Assembly: GCA_963705105.1 (NCBI GenBank) | Contig: CAVPIW010000006.1 | Location: forward strand, 224,001-288,000 | DNA length: 64,000 nt | From: an uncultured Nitrospiraceae bacterium | GTDB taxonomy: Bacteria > Nitrospirota > Thermodesulfovibrionia > Thermodesulfovibrionales > Dissulfurispiraceae | Direction of reading: 5' to 3' | Part shown: piece by piece, positions 30,311-43,502 of the stretch | Layout of the letters: each line of letters opens with the position of its first letter | Position numbering within the stretch: position 1 is the first letter of the stretch | The notes under the pieces: generated by a model | Databases searched by the model: none | Told to the model about the DNA's origin: nothing | The model's input: only the letters and a program-made list of their open reading frames with translations | Program-made: the position numbers and the translations under genes

Positions 30311-31603
30311 ATGTTTTGGCAGAAGGATTTGGAAACGATCAGCCGTGACGCCCTCGTCACGCTCCAGATAGAGAGGCTCCGCGAAACGGCAAAGCGCGTC
30401 TACGATAACGTTCCTTTCTACAGGGCGAAATTCGATGAACTGTCGGTGAAGCCCGAAGACATCCGGTCCCTCGATGACATCAGGAATCTTCCCTTTACGA
30501 CACGCGATGACCTCCGCGCAAATTATCCCTTCGGGCTTTGCGCGCTCCCCAAAGACGAAATCGTCCGTCTCCACACGTCGACAGGGACGACGGGAAAACC
30601 CAAGGCGATCCTTTTTTCGAGAAACGACATCGACCGCGGCGCCGACCTGATCGCCCGGTGCCTGACCATGACGGGGATGCGAAAGGACGACATCCTCCAG
30701 AATATGATGACCTATGGATTGTTCACAGGCGCCCTCGTCATGCACTACGGCGCCGAAAAGGTGGGGGTCCTCATCATCCCTGCAGGCCCGGGGAATACGG
30801 ACAGGCAGATCACCCTGATGGAGGATTTTCAGTCGACGGCCCTTCACCTTACCCCGAGCTACGCCCTGTACATCGCCGAGGTTCTCCAGAAAAGGGGCAT
30901 CGACCCCCGGAAGGACCTGTCCCTGAAAAGGGCCTATCTGGGCGCCGAGCCCTATTCGGAGGAAACGAGGAAGAAGATAGAAGGCATGCTCGGGATCGAT
31001 GTATACAACTCATTCGGTCTGTCGGAAATGAACGGCCCCGGCGTCGCCTTCGAGTGCGCCGAGAAGAACGGCATGCACCTCTGGGAGGACAACTTTCTCC
31101 TGGAGGTCATTAATCCCGATACGGGTGAGGCGGTGCCTGACGGAGAGGACGGCGAGCTCGTCATGACATCCCTCTGCAGGGAGGCGATGCCGATTTTACG
31201 GTACCGGACAAAGGACCTCGCGTCCGTCATGACCGGCGAGTGCCCCTGCGGCAGGACGCACCGCCGCATATCCCGCATCAAGGGCAGGGCCGACGACATG
31301 TTCATCGTCCGCGGCGTGAACATATTCCCGCAGGAGATCGAGAGGGTGCTCATGGGCATCAAGGGTGTCGCCCAGAATTACCTCATCCACCTCGATGCGT
31401 ACGACCAGATGACGGTGAGGGTGGAAATCGCCAAGGACATCTTCGACGGCAGGATCGATCATCTCGTCAGCCTCAGGACGCTCATAACGAACAGGCTGAA
31501 ATCGGAGATCCTCGTGACGCCGAAAGTGGAGCTCCTGGAGCCGGGCACCCTGCCTGTCAGCGAGGGAAAGGCAAAGCGTGTCATTGATGAGAGAACACTT
31601 TAA
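30311..31603 (+). CDS. paaK: Phenylacetate-CoA ligase family protein
   Basis: HTSTGTTGKP, YGLFTG, GAEP, FGLSEMNGPG, RYRTKD, GRADDM. Confidence 0.9.
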   Translation: MFWQKDLETISRDALVTLQIERLRETAKRVYDNVPFYRAKFDELSVKPEDIRSLDDIRNLPFTTRDDLRANYPFGLCALPKDEIVRLHTSTGTTGKPKAILFSRNDIDRGADLIARCLTMTGMRKDDILQNMMTYGLFTGALVMHYGAEKVGVLIIPAGPGNTDRQITLMEDFQSTALHLTPSYALYIAEVLQKRGIDPRKDLSLKRAYLGAEPYSEETRKKIEGMLGIDVYNSFGLSEMNGPGVAFECAEKNGMHLWEDNFLLEVINPDTGEAVPDGEDGELVMTSLCREAMPILRYRTKDLASVMTGECPCGRTHRRISRIKGRADDMFIVRGVNIFPQEIERVLMGIKGVAQNYLIHLDAYDQMTVRVEIAKDIFDGRIDHLVSLRTLITNRLKSEILVTPKVELLEPGTLPVSEGKAKRVIDERTL

Positions 31604-31621
31604 GGTCGACAAGGAGCAGGT

Positions 31622-32056
31622 ATGGCTGGATTGAAACAGATTTCCGTTTTTGCTGAAAACAAGCCGGGAAAACTCGAAAAGATAACGAAGGTTCTCGCAG
31701 ATGAGGGAGTCAATATCACCGCAATCTCGATCTCGAGCACCAACGGGTTCGGCGTCATCCGTTTTCTCGTGGACGAAACGCAGAAGGCTTTCGACAGCCT
31801 CAGGCAGAAGGGCTTCACCGTCTCGATCACCGAGGTGCTCGCCCTCGCTCTGGAGGACAGACCGGGGGGATTACATGCCGTCGCCAAGAAGATGTCTGAC
31901 AACGGCATCAACATGGAGAATGCCCATGTACTCGTCCTGAAACAACGGGAACACGCGTATCTGGTCGTCGAGGTGGAAGACGTGGAGGGTGCTACAGCAA
32001 TCCTCCGGAAGGCGAACGTGCCGATGCTGACGGAAGAGGAATACCACGCACAATAA
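31622..32056 (+). CDS. Tandem ACT-domain protein
   Basis: KQISVFAENKPG...LEDRPGGL. Confidence 0.9.
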   Translation: MAGLKQISVFAENKPGKLEKITKVLADEGVNITAISISSTNGFGVIRFLVDETQKAFDSLRQKGFTVSITEVLALALEDRPGGLHAVAKKMSDNGINMENAHVLVLKQREHAYLVVEVEDVEGATAILRKANVPMLTEEEYHAQ

Positions 32057-32071
32057 AGGAGGGGGGAGACA

Positions 32072-33370
32072 ATGATCTGGGATCGCGAAGCCGAATGCAT
32101 GCCTGAGAAGGAGAGGGAGAAGCTCCAGCTCGCAAGGCTGAAGGCGACGGTAAAGCGCACGTATGAAAAGGTGCCATACTACAAGAAACTCTTTACGGAC
32201 AGCACGGTCAAACCCGGCGACATCCGGTCGCTCAAGGACATAAGGAAGCTCCCCTTTACCACGAAGGCGGACCTCCGCGAAGGGTATCCCTTCGGCATGT
32301 TCGCCGTTTCCCACAAAGAGATCGTCGAAGTCCATTCGTCGTCGGGGACGACGGGGAAGCCCGTCGTGACGGGCTATACGAGGAACGATATCGATGTCTG
32401 GTCCGAAGTCATGGCACGGGCCCTCGTCATGGCCGGGGCGACGAAGGACGACGTCATCCAGAACTGTTACGGGTACGGTCTGTTCACGGGCGGTTTGGGA
32501 GTGCACTACGGCGCCCACAGGATCGGCGCGACCGTCGTTCCCATATCGGCGGGCAACACGGCCCGTCAGCTCGAGGTGATGGTCGATTTCGGCACGACGA
32601 TCATCACCTGCACCCCTTCCTATTCGCTCTATCTCGCCGAGGTCGCCGCGGAAAAGGGCATCGCCAAAAAGGACATCAAGCTGAAGGCCGGTGTTTTCGG
32701 TGCGGAGATGTGGTCCGAGAGGATGCGCGACGAAATCGAAAGGAGACTCGACCTGCTTGCGCTGAATATTTACGGGCTGACGGAACTGATCGGCCCCGGC
32801 GTCGCACAGGAATGCCCTGAAAAGGCAGGACTCCATATATCGGAAGACCATTTTTATCCCGAGGTCATCTCTCCGGAGACCCTCGAAACGCTGCCTGACG
32901 GAGAGAGGGGCGAACTTGTACTCACATCCCTCACGAGGGAAGGCATGCCGATGATCCGGTTCCGCACGAAAGACATCACCTCCCTGACACGGGGAGAGTG
33001 CAAGTGCGGCAGGACCACCGTGAGGATGGAGCGCATCACCGGCCGCACCGACGACATGCTCAAGATACGGGGCGTCATGGTCTTCCCGTCGAAGATCGAG
33101 AAGGCCCTGCTCGAGGTCAAAGGTGTGGAGCCCCACTACCAGATCATTGTCACGAGACCACAGTATCTCGATGAACTGGAAGTGCAGGTCGAGGTGTCGA
33201 AGAGGTTCTTCTCCGATGAGGTGAAGCATCTGCAGGACGTGAAGAAGAGGATCGAGAAGAGCATCGAAAGCGCCATCGGCATCAGGGTGAAAGTGACCCT
33301 CGTGGAGCCGAAGACGCTGCCGCGCAGTGAAGGCAAGGCGAAACGGGTATTCGACAAAAGGGAACTTTAG
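32072..33370 (+). CDS. paaK: Phenylacetate-CoA ligase family protein (second paralog)
   Basis: [41 protein letters not shown]. Confidence 0.92.
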   Translation: MIWDREAECMPEKEREKLQLARLKATVKRTYEKVPYYKKLFTDSTVKPGDIRSLKDIRKLPFTTKADLREGYPFGMFAVSHKEIVEVHSSSGTTGKPVVTGYTRNDIDVWSEVMARALVMAGATKDDVIQNCYGYGLFTGGLGVHYGAHRIGATVVPISAGNTARQLEVMVDFGTTIITCTPSYSLYLAEVAAEKGIAKKDIKLKAGVFGAEMWSERMRDEIERRLDLLALNIYGLTELIGPGVAQECPEKAGLHISEDHFYPEVISPETLETLPDGERGELVLTSLTREGMPMIRFRTKDITSLTRGECKCGRTTVRMERITGRTDDMLKIRGVMVFPSKIEKALLEVKGVEPHYQIIVTRPQYLDELEVQVEVSKRFFSDEVKHLQDVKKRIEKSIESAIGIRVKVTLVEPKTLPRSEGKAKRVFDKREL

Positions 33371-33378
33371 GGGGGACG

Positions 33379-33810
33379 ATGAAAGTCAAACAGATATCCA
33401 TATTTCTGGAAAACAAGACAGGACGCCTCTACGAGGCCCTCGATGTCCTGTCGAAGGCGGACATCAACATACGGGCACTCTCGATCGCAGACACGTCCGA
33501 GTTCGGCATCCTCAGGATCATTGTCCCCGATCCGGACAGGGCGAAGAAAGTGCTGGAGAAGAACAAATTCACCGTCCGGGAGAACGAGGTGATCGCCGTC
33601 GGTGTCCATGACCAGCCGGGAGGCCTGGCGGGCATCCTCAAGATCCTGACCGACGCAAACGTGAACGTGGAATATCTCTACGCTTTCGTCGAGAAAAAGG
33701 GCGAGAAGGCCGTCGTCGTGCTGCGGACGGAAAATATCCCCGCCGGCGTTGCGGCGCTCAAGAAGGGCGGTGTGACGGTGCTGCCCGCCGAAGAGGTTTA
33801 CACGATGTAA
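33379..33810 (+). CDS. Tandem ACT-domain protein (second paralog)
   Basis: [14 protein letters not shown]...[14 protein letters not shown]. Confidence 0.92.
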   Translation: MKVKQISIFLENKTGRLYEALDVLSKADINIRALSIADTSEFGILRIIVPDPDRAKKVLEKNKFTVRENEVIAVGVHDQPGGLAGILKILTDANVNVEYLYAFVEKKGEKAVVVLRTENIPAGVAALKKGGVTVLPAEEVYTM

Positions 33811-33835
33811 GGTCCGGCTGCGATTAGACTCAACG

Positions 33836-33867
33836 AAAAAGGCATCCCGGTCAGGGGATGCCTTTTT
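33836..33867. terminator. Bidirectional rho-independent terminator
   Basis: AAAAAGGCATCCC-GGTCAG-GGGATGCCTTTTT between convergent genes. Confidence 0.85.
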
Positions 33868-33885
33868 GTGTGATCAGTGCCTTAA

Positions 33886-34150
33886 CCTTATTGTTGCATA
33901 CTCCCTCAGAAAATGCGGGGCGAATGCGCCGAAAAGCATCGGTGCTGCGAAACCTTTGCCTTCCCATGCAGACTATTTCAGGCAAACGATCGATGTCACA
34001 AAGGATGGAATGGCATCGTGTAGGGGCCGTTCCCCGAACGGCCCGACATTAATGAACCGGTCTGCTCGGGGAGCAGACCCTACAATGATCAATCTCGTAA
34101 TCAGCGGGGCTTTGAGGCGTTTTGCCCCGCCTTTTCGTGCAACTGTTGGG
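33886..34150 (+). mobile_element. MITE family A variant carrying a REP doublet, TTAA target duplication
   Basis: CCTTATTGTTGCA...TGCAACTGTTGGG; TTAA at 33882-33885 and 34151-34154. Confidence 0.8.
34020..34083. repeat. Inverted doublet of GTAG-type REP hairpins (REPIN-like)
   Basis: GTAG-GGGCCGTT-CCCCG-AACGGCCC and, on the minus strand, GTAG-GGTCTGCT-CCCCG-AGCAGACC. Confidence 0.8.
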
Positions 34151-35731
34151 TTAATTCTTCGGTTGTCTCTTCAGGACGAAGATGCAGGGCCTGCGCGAAA
34201 TGACCACGTTCACTCCCTTTGCGTCGAGCTTCTCCCTGATGACCTGCTCCGTCTCCCCGTGCTTGTATGGGTCGACGACGGTGACGGATGAGGCACCGCA
34301 GGCTTTGCAGAGATCCTCGAGAGCGACGCGCCCGCCTTCCTCCCCCTTCGCCGTCATCCCCGTCAGGGCCGTGGGCTGATGGCCCGTCATGGCGACGGCG
34401 TCGTTGTCCATGATGACGACGAGGATGTCGGCCCTGTTATAGACTGCGTTGATGAGGGCCGGTATGCCCGAGTGGAGGAACGTCGAGTCTCCGATGACGG
34501 AGGCGACCCGCTTGACGCCCTGTTTTGCGATGCCGACGGCCTTGCTGATGCTGGCTCCCATGCACAGACACGTGTCCATAGCCCTGAGAGGAGGGCTGGC
34601 GCCGAGGGTGTAGCAGCCGATGTCGCCTGTGGTGAACGTGGGCTGAGCAGCCTTCAATGCCTTGTAAAACTCGCGGTGTGAGCAACCCTGGCACATGACC
34701 GGCGGCCTGAGAGGCAGGTCCTGCGGGGCTTTCCCTGACGCCTCCGCAACGGCGCCGGAAGAAAAATAGGGCGCCAGCGCGTCCGGCCCGAGTTCTCCTT
34801 CACGCCTGAACTCACCGGACATCTTTCCTTTGACGTTCTTGTGATGACGGCGGGTGATCTCCTCGACAAAGGGCTCTCCCTCCTCGAGCACCCAGACCTC
34901 GTCGAGTCTTTTGACGAAGTCCGCAATGACGCTTTCCGGGAAGGGATAGACCGATATTTTAAGGATCGCACATGCCGGGTTGTACTCCTTCGCATAGGCA
35001 TAGGTGACGCCGCAGGCGATGATGCCGCGGCCCGAACCGTTGCCGTCAATCCTGTTGAGTCCGGAATTCAGAGACCATTCCCTCAGCACATCCTGTTTTT
35101 CGTTCAGGGCGTGATGGCACCGGATGACATTGCTCGGCACGGCGAGCATCCGCTCCGGTTTCTTCTCCAGGGAGAGGACATTCTCGGCCCGCGGTTCCAC
35201 GAGGGTGACAGGCGAGGATGCATGGGAGACCCTCGTGACGCTCCTTACCATGACCGGCAATTCCGTCTGCTCCGAGAGATCGAAGGCGAGTTTCACCATG
35301 TCCTTCGCCTCCTGGGAGTCGCTCGGCTCGAGGCAGGGGATCTTTGCGAAACGGGCAAAGAGGCGCGAATCCTGTTCATTCTGAGAGGAATAGGCGCCGG
35401 GATCGTCGGCGACGAGGAGGACCAGGCCGCCTTTGATTCCCAGGTAGGCGGACGTCATGAGGGGGTCTGCAGCGACATTGACGCCGACGTGCTTCATGGA
35501 GCAGAGGGCCCTCTTGCCCGCATATGAAGCCCCCACGGCGGTCTCGTAAGCTATCTTTTCATTGAGAGCCCAATCGGCATCGCCCTTGAAATTGCGGGCG
35601 AGATACTCGAGTATTTCCGTTGAGGGCGTGCCGGGGTAGCTGACAGCGATCGAAATCCCCGCCTCTATGGCGCCTCTGCCGATCGCCTCATTGCCCGAGA
35701 GCAGATCTCTCTGAACAGGAGTCTCTTCCAT
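34151..35731 (-). CDS. iorA: Indolepyruvate:ferredoxin oxidoreductase alpha subunit
   Basis: LSGNEAI, YPGTPSTEI, MKHVGVNVAAD, SSQNEQD, RPPVMCQGCSH, GDIGCY, GDSTFLHSG. Confidence 0.95.
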   Translation of the reverse strand: MEETPVQRDLLSGNEAIGRGAIEAGISIAVSYPGTPSTEILEYLARNFKGDADWALNEKIAYETAVGASYAGKRALCSMKHVGVNVAADPLMTSAYLGIKGGLVLLVADDPGAYSSQNEQDSRLFARFAKIPCLEPSDSQEAKDMVKLAFDLSEQTELPVMVRSVTRVSHASSPVTLVEPRAENVLSLEKKPERMLAVPSNVIRCHHALNEKQDVLREWSLNSGLNRIDGNGSGRGIIACGVTYAYAKEYNPACAILKISVYPFPESVIADFVKRLDEVWVLEEGEPFVEEITRRHHKNVKGKMSGEFRREGELGPDALAPYFSSGAVAEASGKAPQDLPLRPPVMCQGCSHREFYKALKAAQPTFTTGDIGCYTLGASPPLRAMDTCLCMGASISKAVGIAKQGVKRVASVIGDSTFLHSGIPALINAVYNRADILVVIMDNDAVAMTGHQPTALTGMTAKGEEGGRVALEDLCKACGASSVTVVDPYKHGETEQVIREKLDAKGVNVVISRRPCIFVLKRQPKN

Positions 35732-35899
35732 AATATCCCCTTATTGGTTCTGATATGGTCCGAACATAACGGACAGATTGGGCAGGATCTATACCGGTGT
35801 TGCGTTCAGAGACGGGAGGACCCGCCTTGATGACGGACGCCTGCCGGGCGGCCTGACGCGGACAAAGCGTCCTGTCAGTCAGGGTCGCTGCAATGCCTG

Positions 35900-36088
35900 T
35901 CAGACCTCTTTCGAGACGACTTCGAGGACCTTTTTCCCATCATAGGAACCGCAGCTCACACAGGCCCTGTGCGTCTCTTTCAGTTCCTTGCACTCCGGGC
36001 ATTCCATCAGGGTCGGGGTTTTCCCCTTCCAGTTGGCCCGCCTCCTGTCTCTTCTCGATCTGCAATGGCGATGCGTGGGATTTGCCAT
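35900..36088 (-). CDS. rpmF: 50S ribosomal protein L32 (zinc-ribbon form)
   Basis: MANP..R.SRRDRRRA, CPEC..HRACVSCGSYDG. Confidence 0.95.
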   Translation of the reverse strand: MANPTHRHCRSRRDRRRANWKGKTPTLMECPECKELKETHRACVSCGSYDGKKVLEVVSKEV

Positions 36089-36091
36089 GAT

Positions 36092-36601
36092 TTACTCCTT
36101 TCTTTGCAGCAGCCGCTCGAGTACGCGCAGCCGCGGATCCGTCTCCCTGTCCGTGCAGGTGCAGGGTGATGCGTTGAGGTCTGCGCCGCATTTCGGGCAG
36201 ATGCCCTTGCACGTGGCGGCACAGAGGGGCTTCATCGGCACGGCGAGAATCATCTGCTCGACGGCGAGTTCGCCGATGTCAAGCGTGTCGTCCCTGTAAA
36301 AAGCCATGTCGAGTTCGTCTCCCTTGAGTTCGTGATGCTCTTCCCTGTTGATCTCTTCGGCGGGATGGTACGTGATATTGACAGGCGTGTCGACTGTGAC
36401 GGTGAAGGTCTGCAGGCATCTGCCGCAGCTCAGCTCGACATCGCCTGAAACGCTCCCCCGCACCATCACTTCGGCGCCCTCTTTGTCCACCTGGAGATCG
36501 ACGGAGACCGGCGTCATGATACGCACCGACTCGGACCGGACGTCCTCGTCGTGTTCAAGATGCAGTCCTTCTGCCGGAATCTCTGAAATCTGGATTTTCA
36601 T
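36092..36601 (-). CDS. yceD: DUF177/YceD family protein
   Basis: CGRCL, PMKPLC..CKGICPKCG.DLN, DPR; upstream of rpmF. Confidence 0.93.
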   Translation of the reverse strand: MKIQISEIPAEGLHLEHDEDVRSESVRIMTPVSVDLQVDKEGAEVMVRGSVSGDVELSCGRCLQTFTVTVDTPVNITYHPAEEINREEHHELKGDELDMAFYRDDTLDIGELAVEQMILAVPMKPLCAATCKGICPKCGADLNASPCTCTDRETDPRLRVLERLLQRKE

Positions 36602-36639
36602 GGTGCGAAAAGGATGAAAAATACTATTTAGAACTTATA

Positions 36640-36669
36640 TTTATACTCATTTTAGCTCAATTTTGTCAA
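36640..36669 (-). promoter_or_regulatory. Sigma70 promoter of yceD-rpmF
   Basis: Minus strand TTGACA-18 nt-TATAAA. Confidence 0.65.
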
Positions 36670-36730
36670 GCCTGAAACAGTGGCACCGGCCGTGTCAGTG
36701 CCGGTGACAAGCGTCAGCGAAAGGAGTGGG

Positions 36731-36755
36731 GGATCGTTCGGGGAACGGCCCCTAG
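36731..36755 (-). repeat. Degenerate single REP hairpin
   Basis: Minus strand CTAG-GGGCCGTT-CCCCG-AACGATCC, nearly identical to 34020-34044. Confidence 0.7.
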
Positions 36756-36761
36756 GGTTTA

Positions 36762-36974
36762 CCTTTCTGTTGCATGAAAAGGCTGGGGCGAAGCGCCTCA
36801 AAGCCTTGCTGAAGGCGACGATACTCCTCGTCAGTTTCGTGTTACAGGATTCCACTCTTTGTGTCATCGACCATTGGCGTATAGTTCATCTCGCGTTTTG
36901 ATACAGGTGTCACCGCAGCAAGGTTTTCGGCGCATACGCCCCGCCTTTCCCGGGAGTGTGTTGCAACGATACGG
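36762..36974 (-). mobile_element. MITE family A copy (reverse orientation) with TTTA target duplication
   Basis: Reverse complement of 52214-52431; TTTA at 36758-36761 and 36975-36978. Confidence 0.9.
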
Positions 36975-37153
36975 TTTATTCCCGACTGATGACGACGGAC
37001 CGGGTTAAAGGGAGAACGGGAGGCGCACGATAACATGTATAACGGCTGATCGCTCGCGATACGAAGACGATGCGCGAAAAATCTTCATTGATCATTCTCC
37101 CGCAAATCCGCAGACCCGTGATCCGGGGGAGGGGACACTTCCGGAGGAAGGAA

Positions 37154-38040
37154 GTGCTATTCCGGCGATCCTGCATCTTCCTTGTCTGCTGCCTCCTCGT
37201 CGGCTTATTCGTGTCGCCCCTCTCAGGGGCGGAACGGGAGATCAGGCTCGGTCTGATCAGCGACCGTCCTGTCGAAAGGGTCAAAGAATACATGACACTC
37301 GTGAAGTACGTGGCTGACCGTCTGAAGGATCAGGGAATTGACGGCTGGAAGGTCGTCGTCGAAAAGAAACTCGATGACATGAACGGGAGGATACAGCGCG
37401 GGAATGTCGATTTCGTCCTCGAAAGCGCCTATTCCACTGTTGAAATGATGGACAGGGCCGGCATGGTTCCGGAATTGCTCGTCTGGCGGGGAGGCGTCCG
37501 GGAATACAGGACCCTCTTCTTCGTCCTTAAGGACAGCCCGATACGGTATCTTGGAGACCTCGGGGGAAAAACAATCGCCTTCGAGAACGCGAAGTCGACG
37601 TCTTCCTACGCGGTACCGAAAGCCGAACTCAGGAAGGCGGGACTGACTGTTGTCCCCGCCGAAAGGACCGGCTCCGCAAATGCTGTCCGGTACGCCTTTG
37701 CCGGAAGCGGCGCGAATCTCCCTTACTGGGTCTTCGATGGCAGGGCCGATGCGGGGGCCTTCAGCACCATCGACTGGGACGATATGCCGGAAGCGATCAA
37801 GTCACACATGAGGGTGATTCATGAGACGAAGCCCGTGATACGCTATGTTGCTTCCTTTCATCCCGCTCTTCCCGGGAAACTGAAGGAGGCGATCATCGAC
37901 ATCCTCGTGCGCATGGACGGGGACGCAGAGGGCCGGCAGGCCCTCCTGGAGGCGTACAGGATCATGAAAATAGAGAGGCTCACGGAAAGTGACCGTCAAT
38001 CGATCGCCTCTGTCAGGGACCTCAGGAAATACATCGTCGA

Positions 38041-38044
<4 letters not shown>
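37154..38044 (+). CDS. PhnD/PtxB-like periplasmic substrate-binding protein
   Basis: Signal peptide, YRTLFFVLKDSPI..L.DL.GKTIAF..KSTSSYAVP, GRADAGA; GTG start inferred. Confidence 0.85.
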
Positions 38045-40836
<2,792 letters not shown>

Positions 40837-41031
40837 AAGACAGCGGTCTCGCGTATCATTTCCTCCTTCTTCCACTGTCATTGGATGGGGACTGCCTTTT
40901 CATGCAATTGCAGGGTTTGTTTCAGTCGTATCGCCTACCGTTGCTTCCCTGCCTGTACAGCACTATAGTCAAGAAACCGGCAAAAAAAACGATACTAATT
41001 TAATGTCCCCGATTTATGACACGGAGGTCTC

Positions 41032-42510
41032 ATGAGAAAGAGCCTTGCCCTGTTTCTCGTTGTTCTCCTGTCCGTTCCCGTCACTGCTGTCGTTGCCGCA
41101 GGGAGTCAACATCCCGGCCGGGAAACGGGACACGGACAGGCGGCGCCCCGGCTGCTCGGCATCGACGAATGCATCGACATTGCCCTGCAGAACAACCGCA
41201 ACCGGCCTGTCTCGCAGTTCGCCATAGAGATCGCAGAGGCCCAGTACGAGCAGGCCATGTCGTCATACTGGCCGCAACTGGCCGTGAGGGCCGCCTATAC
41301 GATTATGGACGACGATCCCAATTTCATATTTCCCGCGACATCCATCAGCATCCCATCTACGGCACTGACGCTGTCGTCCCCCCTCGGATCGATACCCCTG
41401 AACATATCCCCCCAATCGATACCCGTTCCGGCACAGGACATCAGGCTCATGAACAGACACAACGCCATTGCCTCTCTCAACCTCACCTATCCCATTTATA
41501 CGGGCGGTCTCAGAAAGTCCATAGTCAGGCAGGCCCGGCAGGGGATACAGGCTGCCCGTGAAGAGGCAAGGCGGACGGACCTGCAGGTCGTCTATGACGT
41601 GAAGCGGATCTACTACGGCGCGGTGCTCTCCCGGGAGCTCGTGCGGGTTGCAGAGGATGCCCTTGCCCGCATGGAGGTCACCCTGGAGCTCACGGAGAAC
41701 CTTTACACGCGCGGATCGGGCAGGGTCAAGAAGACCGACTATCTCAGGAACAAGACCGTCGTCGAAGGTCTCCGGTCGGCCCTCGCATTCCTCGATGCCA
41801 ACGAAAAGTCTGTCAAGGCGGCACTCGTCAATACCATGGGACTGGACTGGGACGTCCGGGTTGAACCTGCCGGGCCGGCGCTCCCCTTTGCCCCTTACGC
41901 AGCGAACGTGAAGGCGCTTGTCGCGGGCGCATACGAGTTCAATCCCGACTGGGCCCGGCTCCATGCAGGGCTTGAGGCTGCGGCCGCAAAAATCGACGAG
42001 GCAAAGAGCGGTCATCTGCCGAAAGTGGCACTCATCGGCAACCTGACCCATATCGAAAACTCCTATGACCAGGGCATGGTCACCCCCCGCAACAAGGATT
42101 CCTGGACCGTCGGCCTGGGGCTCGAGCTGCCGCTCTTCAACGGCTTCCGCACGACCAACGAGGTGAGAGAGGCGGCGGCCCGGCTGAACAGGCTGAAGGA
42201 ACAGAAGGTGCTCCTGAGAGAGGGGATCGCACTTCATATCAATCATCTCTTCATACAGATGTCGGGCGCCAGGGATCAGAAAACGGCCGCCGAAGCGGCG
42301 GCGAAGGCCGCCGAGGAAAACCGCGACCTGAACGAACGGGCCTACCAGGAGGAACTGGTGGAGACGAAAGACGTGATCGAGTCGCAGCTCACGGAATCGT
42401 TCATGAAGGCCCAGTATCAAAAGTCTCTCTATGACCACCTTGCAGCCCAGGTGCACCTGGACTTCGTGATCGGCAGGGAGGTGACAAAGCTTATCCATGG
42501 AGACCAGTAG
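41032..42510 (+). CDS. TolC-family outer membrane protein without adjacent MFP or pump
   Basis: Signal peptide, CIDIALQNN, TYPIYTGG, ELPLFNGF, two OEP repeats. Confidence 0.85.
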   Translation: MRKSLALFLVVLLSVPVTAVVAAGSQHPGRETGHGQAAPRLLGIDECIDIALQNNRNRPVSQFAIEIAEAQYEQAMSSYWPQLAVRAAYTIMDDDPNFIFPATSISIPSTALTLSSPLGSIPLNISPQSIPVPAQDIRLMNRHNAIASLNLTYPIYTGGLRKSIVRQARQGIQAAREEARRTDLQVVYDVKRIYYGAVLSRELVRVAEDALARMEVTLELTENLYTRGSGRVKKTDYLRNKTVVEGLRSALAFLDANEKSVKAALVNTMGLDWDVRVEPAGPALPFAPYAANVKALVAGAYEFNPDWARLHAGLEAAAAKIDEAKSGHLPKVALIGNLTHIENSYDQGMVTPRNKDSWTVGLGLELPLFNGFRTTNEVREAAARLNRLKEQKVLLREGIALHINHLFIQMSGARDQKTAAEAAAKAAEENRDLNERAYQEELVETKDVIESQLTESFMKAQYQKSLYDHLAAQVHLDFVIGREVTKLIHGDQ

Positions 42511-43480
42511 GATGCGTCAGCCGTCCAAAGCCGGGGTGTCATCCATGAGGATGGGAGGCGCCCTGAGGTTCCTCGTTCCTGCTATCGCTCTCCTGGTCAT
42601 TGTCGCCGCCGTTGCGCAGGGAGAACTCTCAGGCCAGGGGAAGCGGGACAAGGATTCGGTGCTGACCGTCGGGTACTCCTCGAAGCTCTTTTTTGATGTC
42701 GACATCAGGGACGCAAAGGCGGCCACGAAGATGTGGACGGACATGCTGATCAGGAAGATGGGCAATAAATACGAAAAATCGGAGATCCATATCCTTCATG
42801 ATTCCTCTGCCATGGATAAAGCCCTCCGCATGAGAGAGATCGACATCCTTGTCCTCTTCTCCCAGGAGTTTATCGAAATGAGAGACAGGACGCCCATCGT
42901 TCCCGTTTATGCCGCCGACTACGGGAAATACTTCTACCATGAGCTCTACCTCCTCGTCCGGAACGACAGCGGACTGAGCAGGATCGCAGACCTGAAGGGG
43001 AAGAGATTGATCATCGAGACGGGACAGAAGGGAAGCATACCGATGATCTGGCTCGAGACGGTTTTCGCAAAAGAAACAGTGCCGCTTATGAGGGAATCAG
43101 CGCAAATCAAGGAAGCCATGAAGGCGTCACAGGCCGTCCTGCCGGTCTTTTTCCGCCAGGCCGATGCCTGTGTTGTCGGACGAAACAGTTACGAAACAAT
43201 GGTCGAGCTCAATCCACAGGTGGGCAGGGAGCTGAAGGTCATTGCAACCTCACCCCATTATCTGACCGGCGTGGTCTGCCTGAGGAAAGACTACTACCAT
43301 GCGCATAAGGAAATGATCGACGAGACACTTAAGGCCCTCTACAGCGAGCCGCAGGGACAGCAGATCATGAAACTCTTCCGCATCAACAGGCTTGTTCCGT
43401 TCAAGCAGGAATACCTTAAAACGACGGAGGTCCTGCTGAGCGAACACCGTGATTTGGTGAGGACGGCCAGGAAAAGATGA
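42497..43480 (+). CDS. PhnD/SsuA-like periplasmic binding protein (paralog 1 of 3); start uncertain
   Basis: LLVRNDSG...DLKGK, KASQAVLPVFFRQADAC, MVELNPQV. Confidence 0.8.
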   Translation: METSRMRQPSKAGVSSMRMGGALRFLVPAIALLVIVAAVAQGELSGQGKRDKDSVLTVGYSSKLFFDVDIRDAKAATKMWTDMLIRKMGNKYEKSEIHILHDSSAMDKALRMREIDILVLFSQEFIEMRDRTPIVPVYAADYGKYFYHELYLLVRNDSGLSRIADLKGKRLIIETGQKGSIPMIWLETVFAKETVPLMRESAQIKEAMKASQAVLPVFFRQADACVVGRNSYETMVELNPQVGRELKVIATSPHYLTGVVCLRKDYYHAHKEMIDETLKALYSEPQGQQIMKLFRINRLVPFKQEYLKTTEVLLSEHRDLVRTARKR

Positions 43481-43502
43481 GGGGCGCTGAGGGGACACAG
43501 AA

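Noticed and set aside
34151..34200. IorA truncated by MITE insertion (no C-terminal ferredoxin domain)
   Set aside because: The TAA stop lies within the duplicated target and would exist without the element; short IorA forms are known
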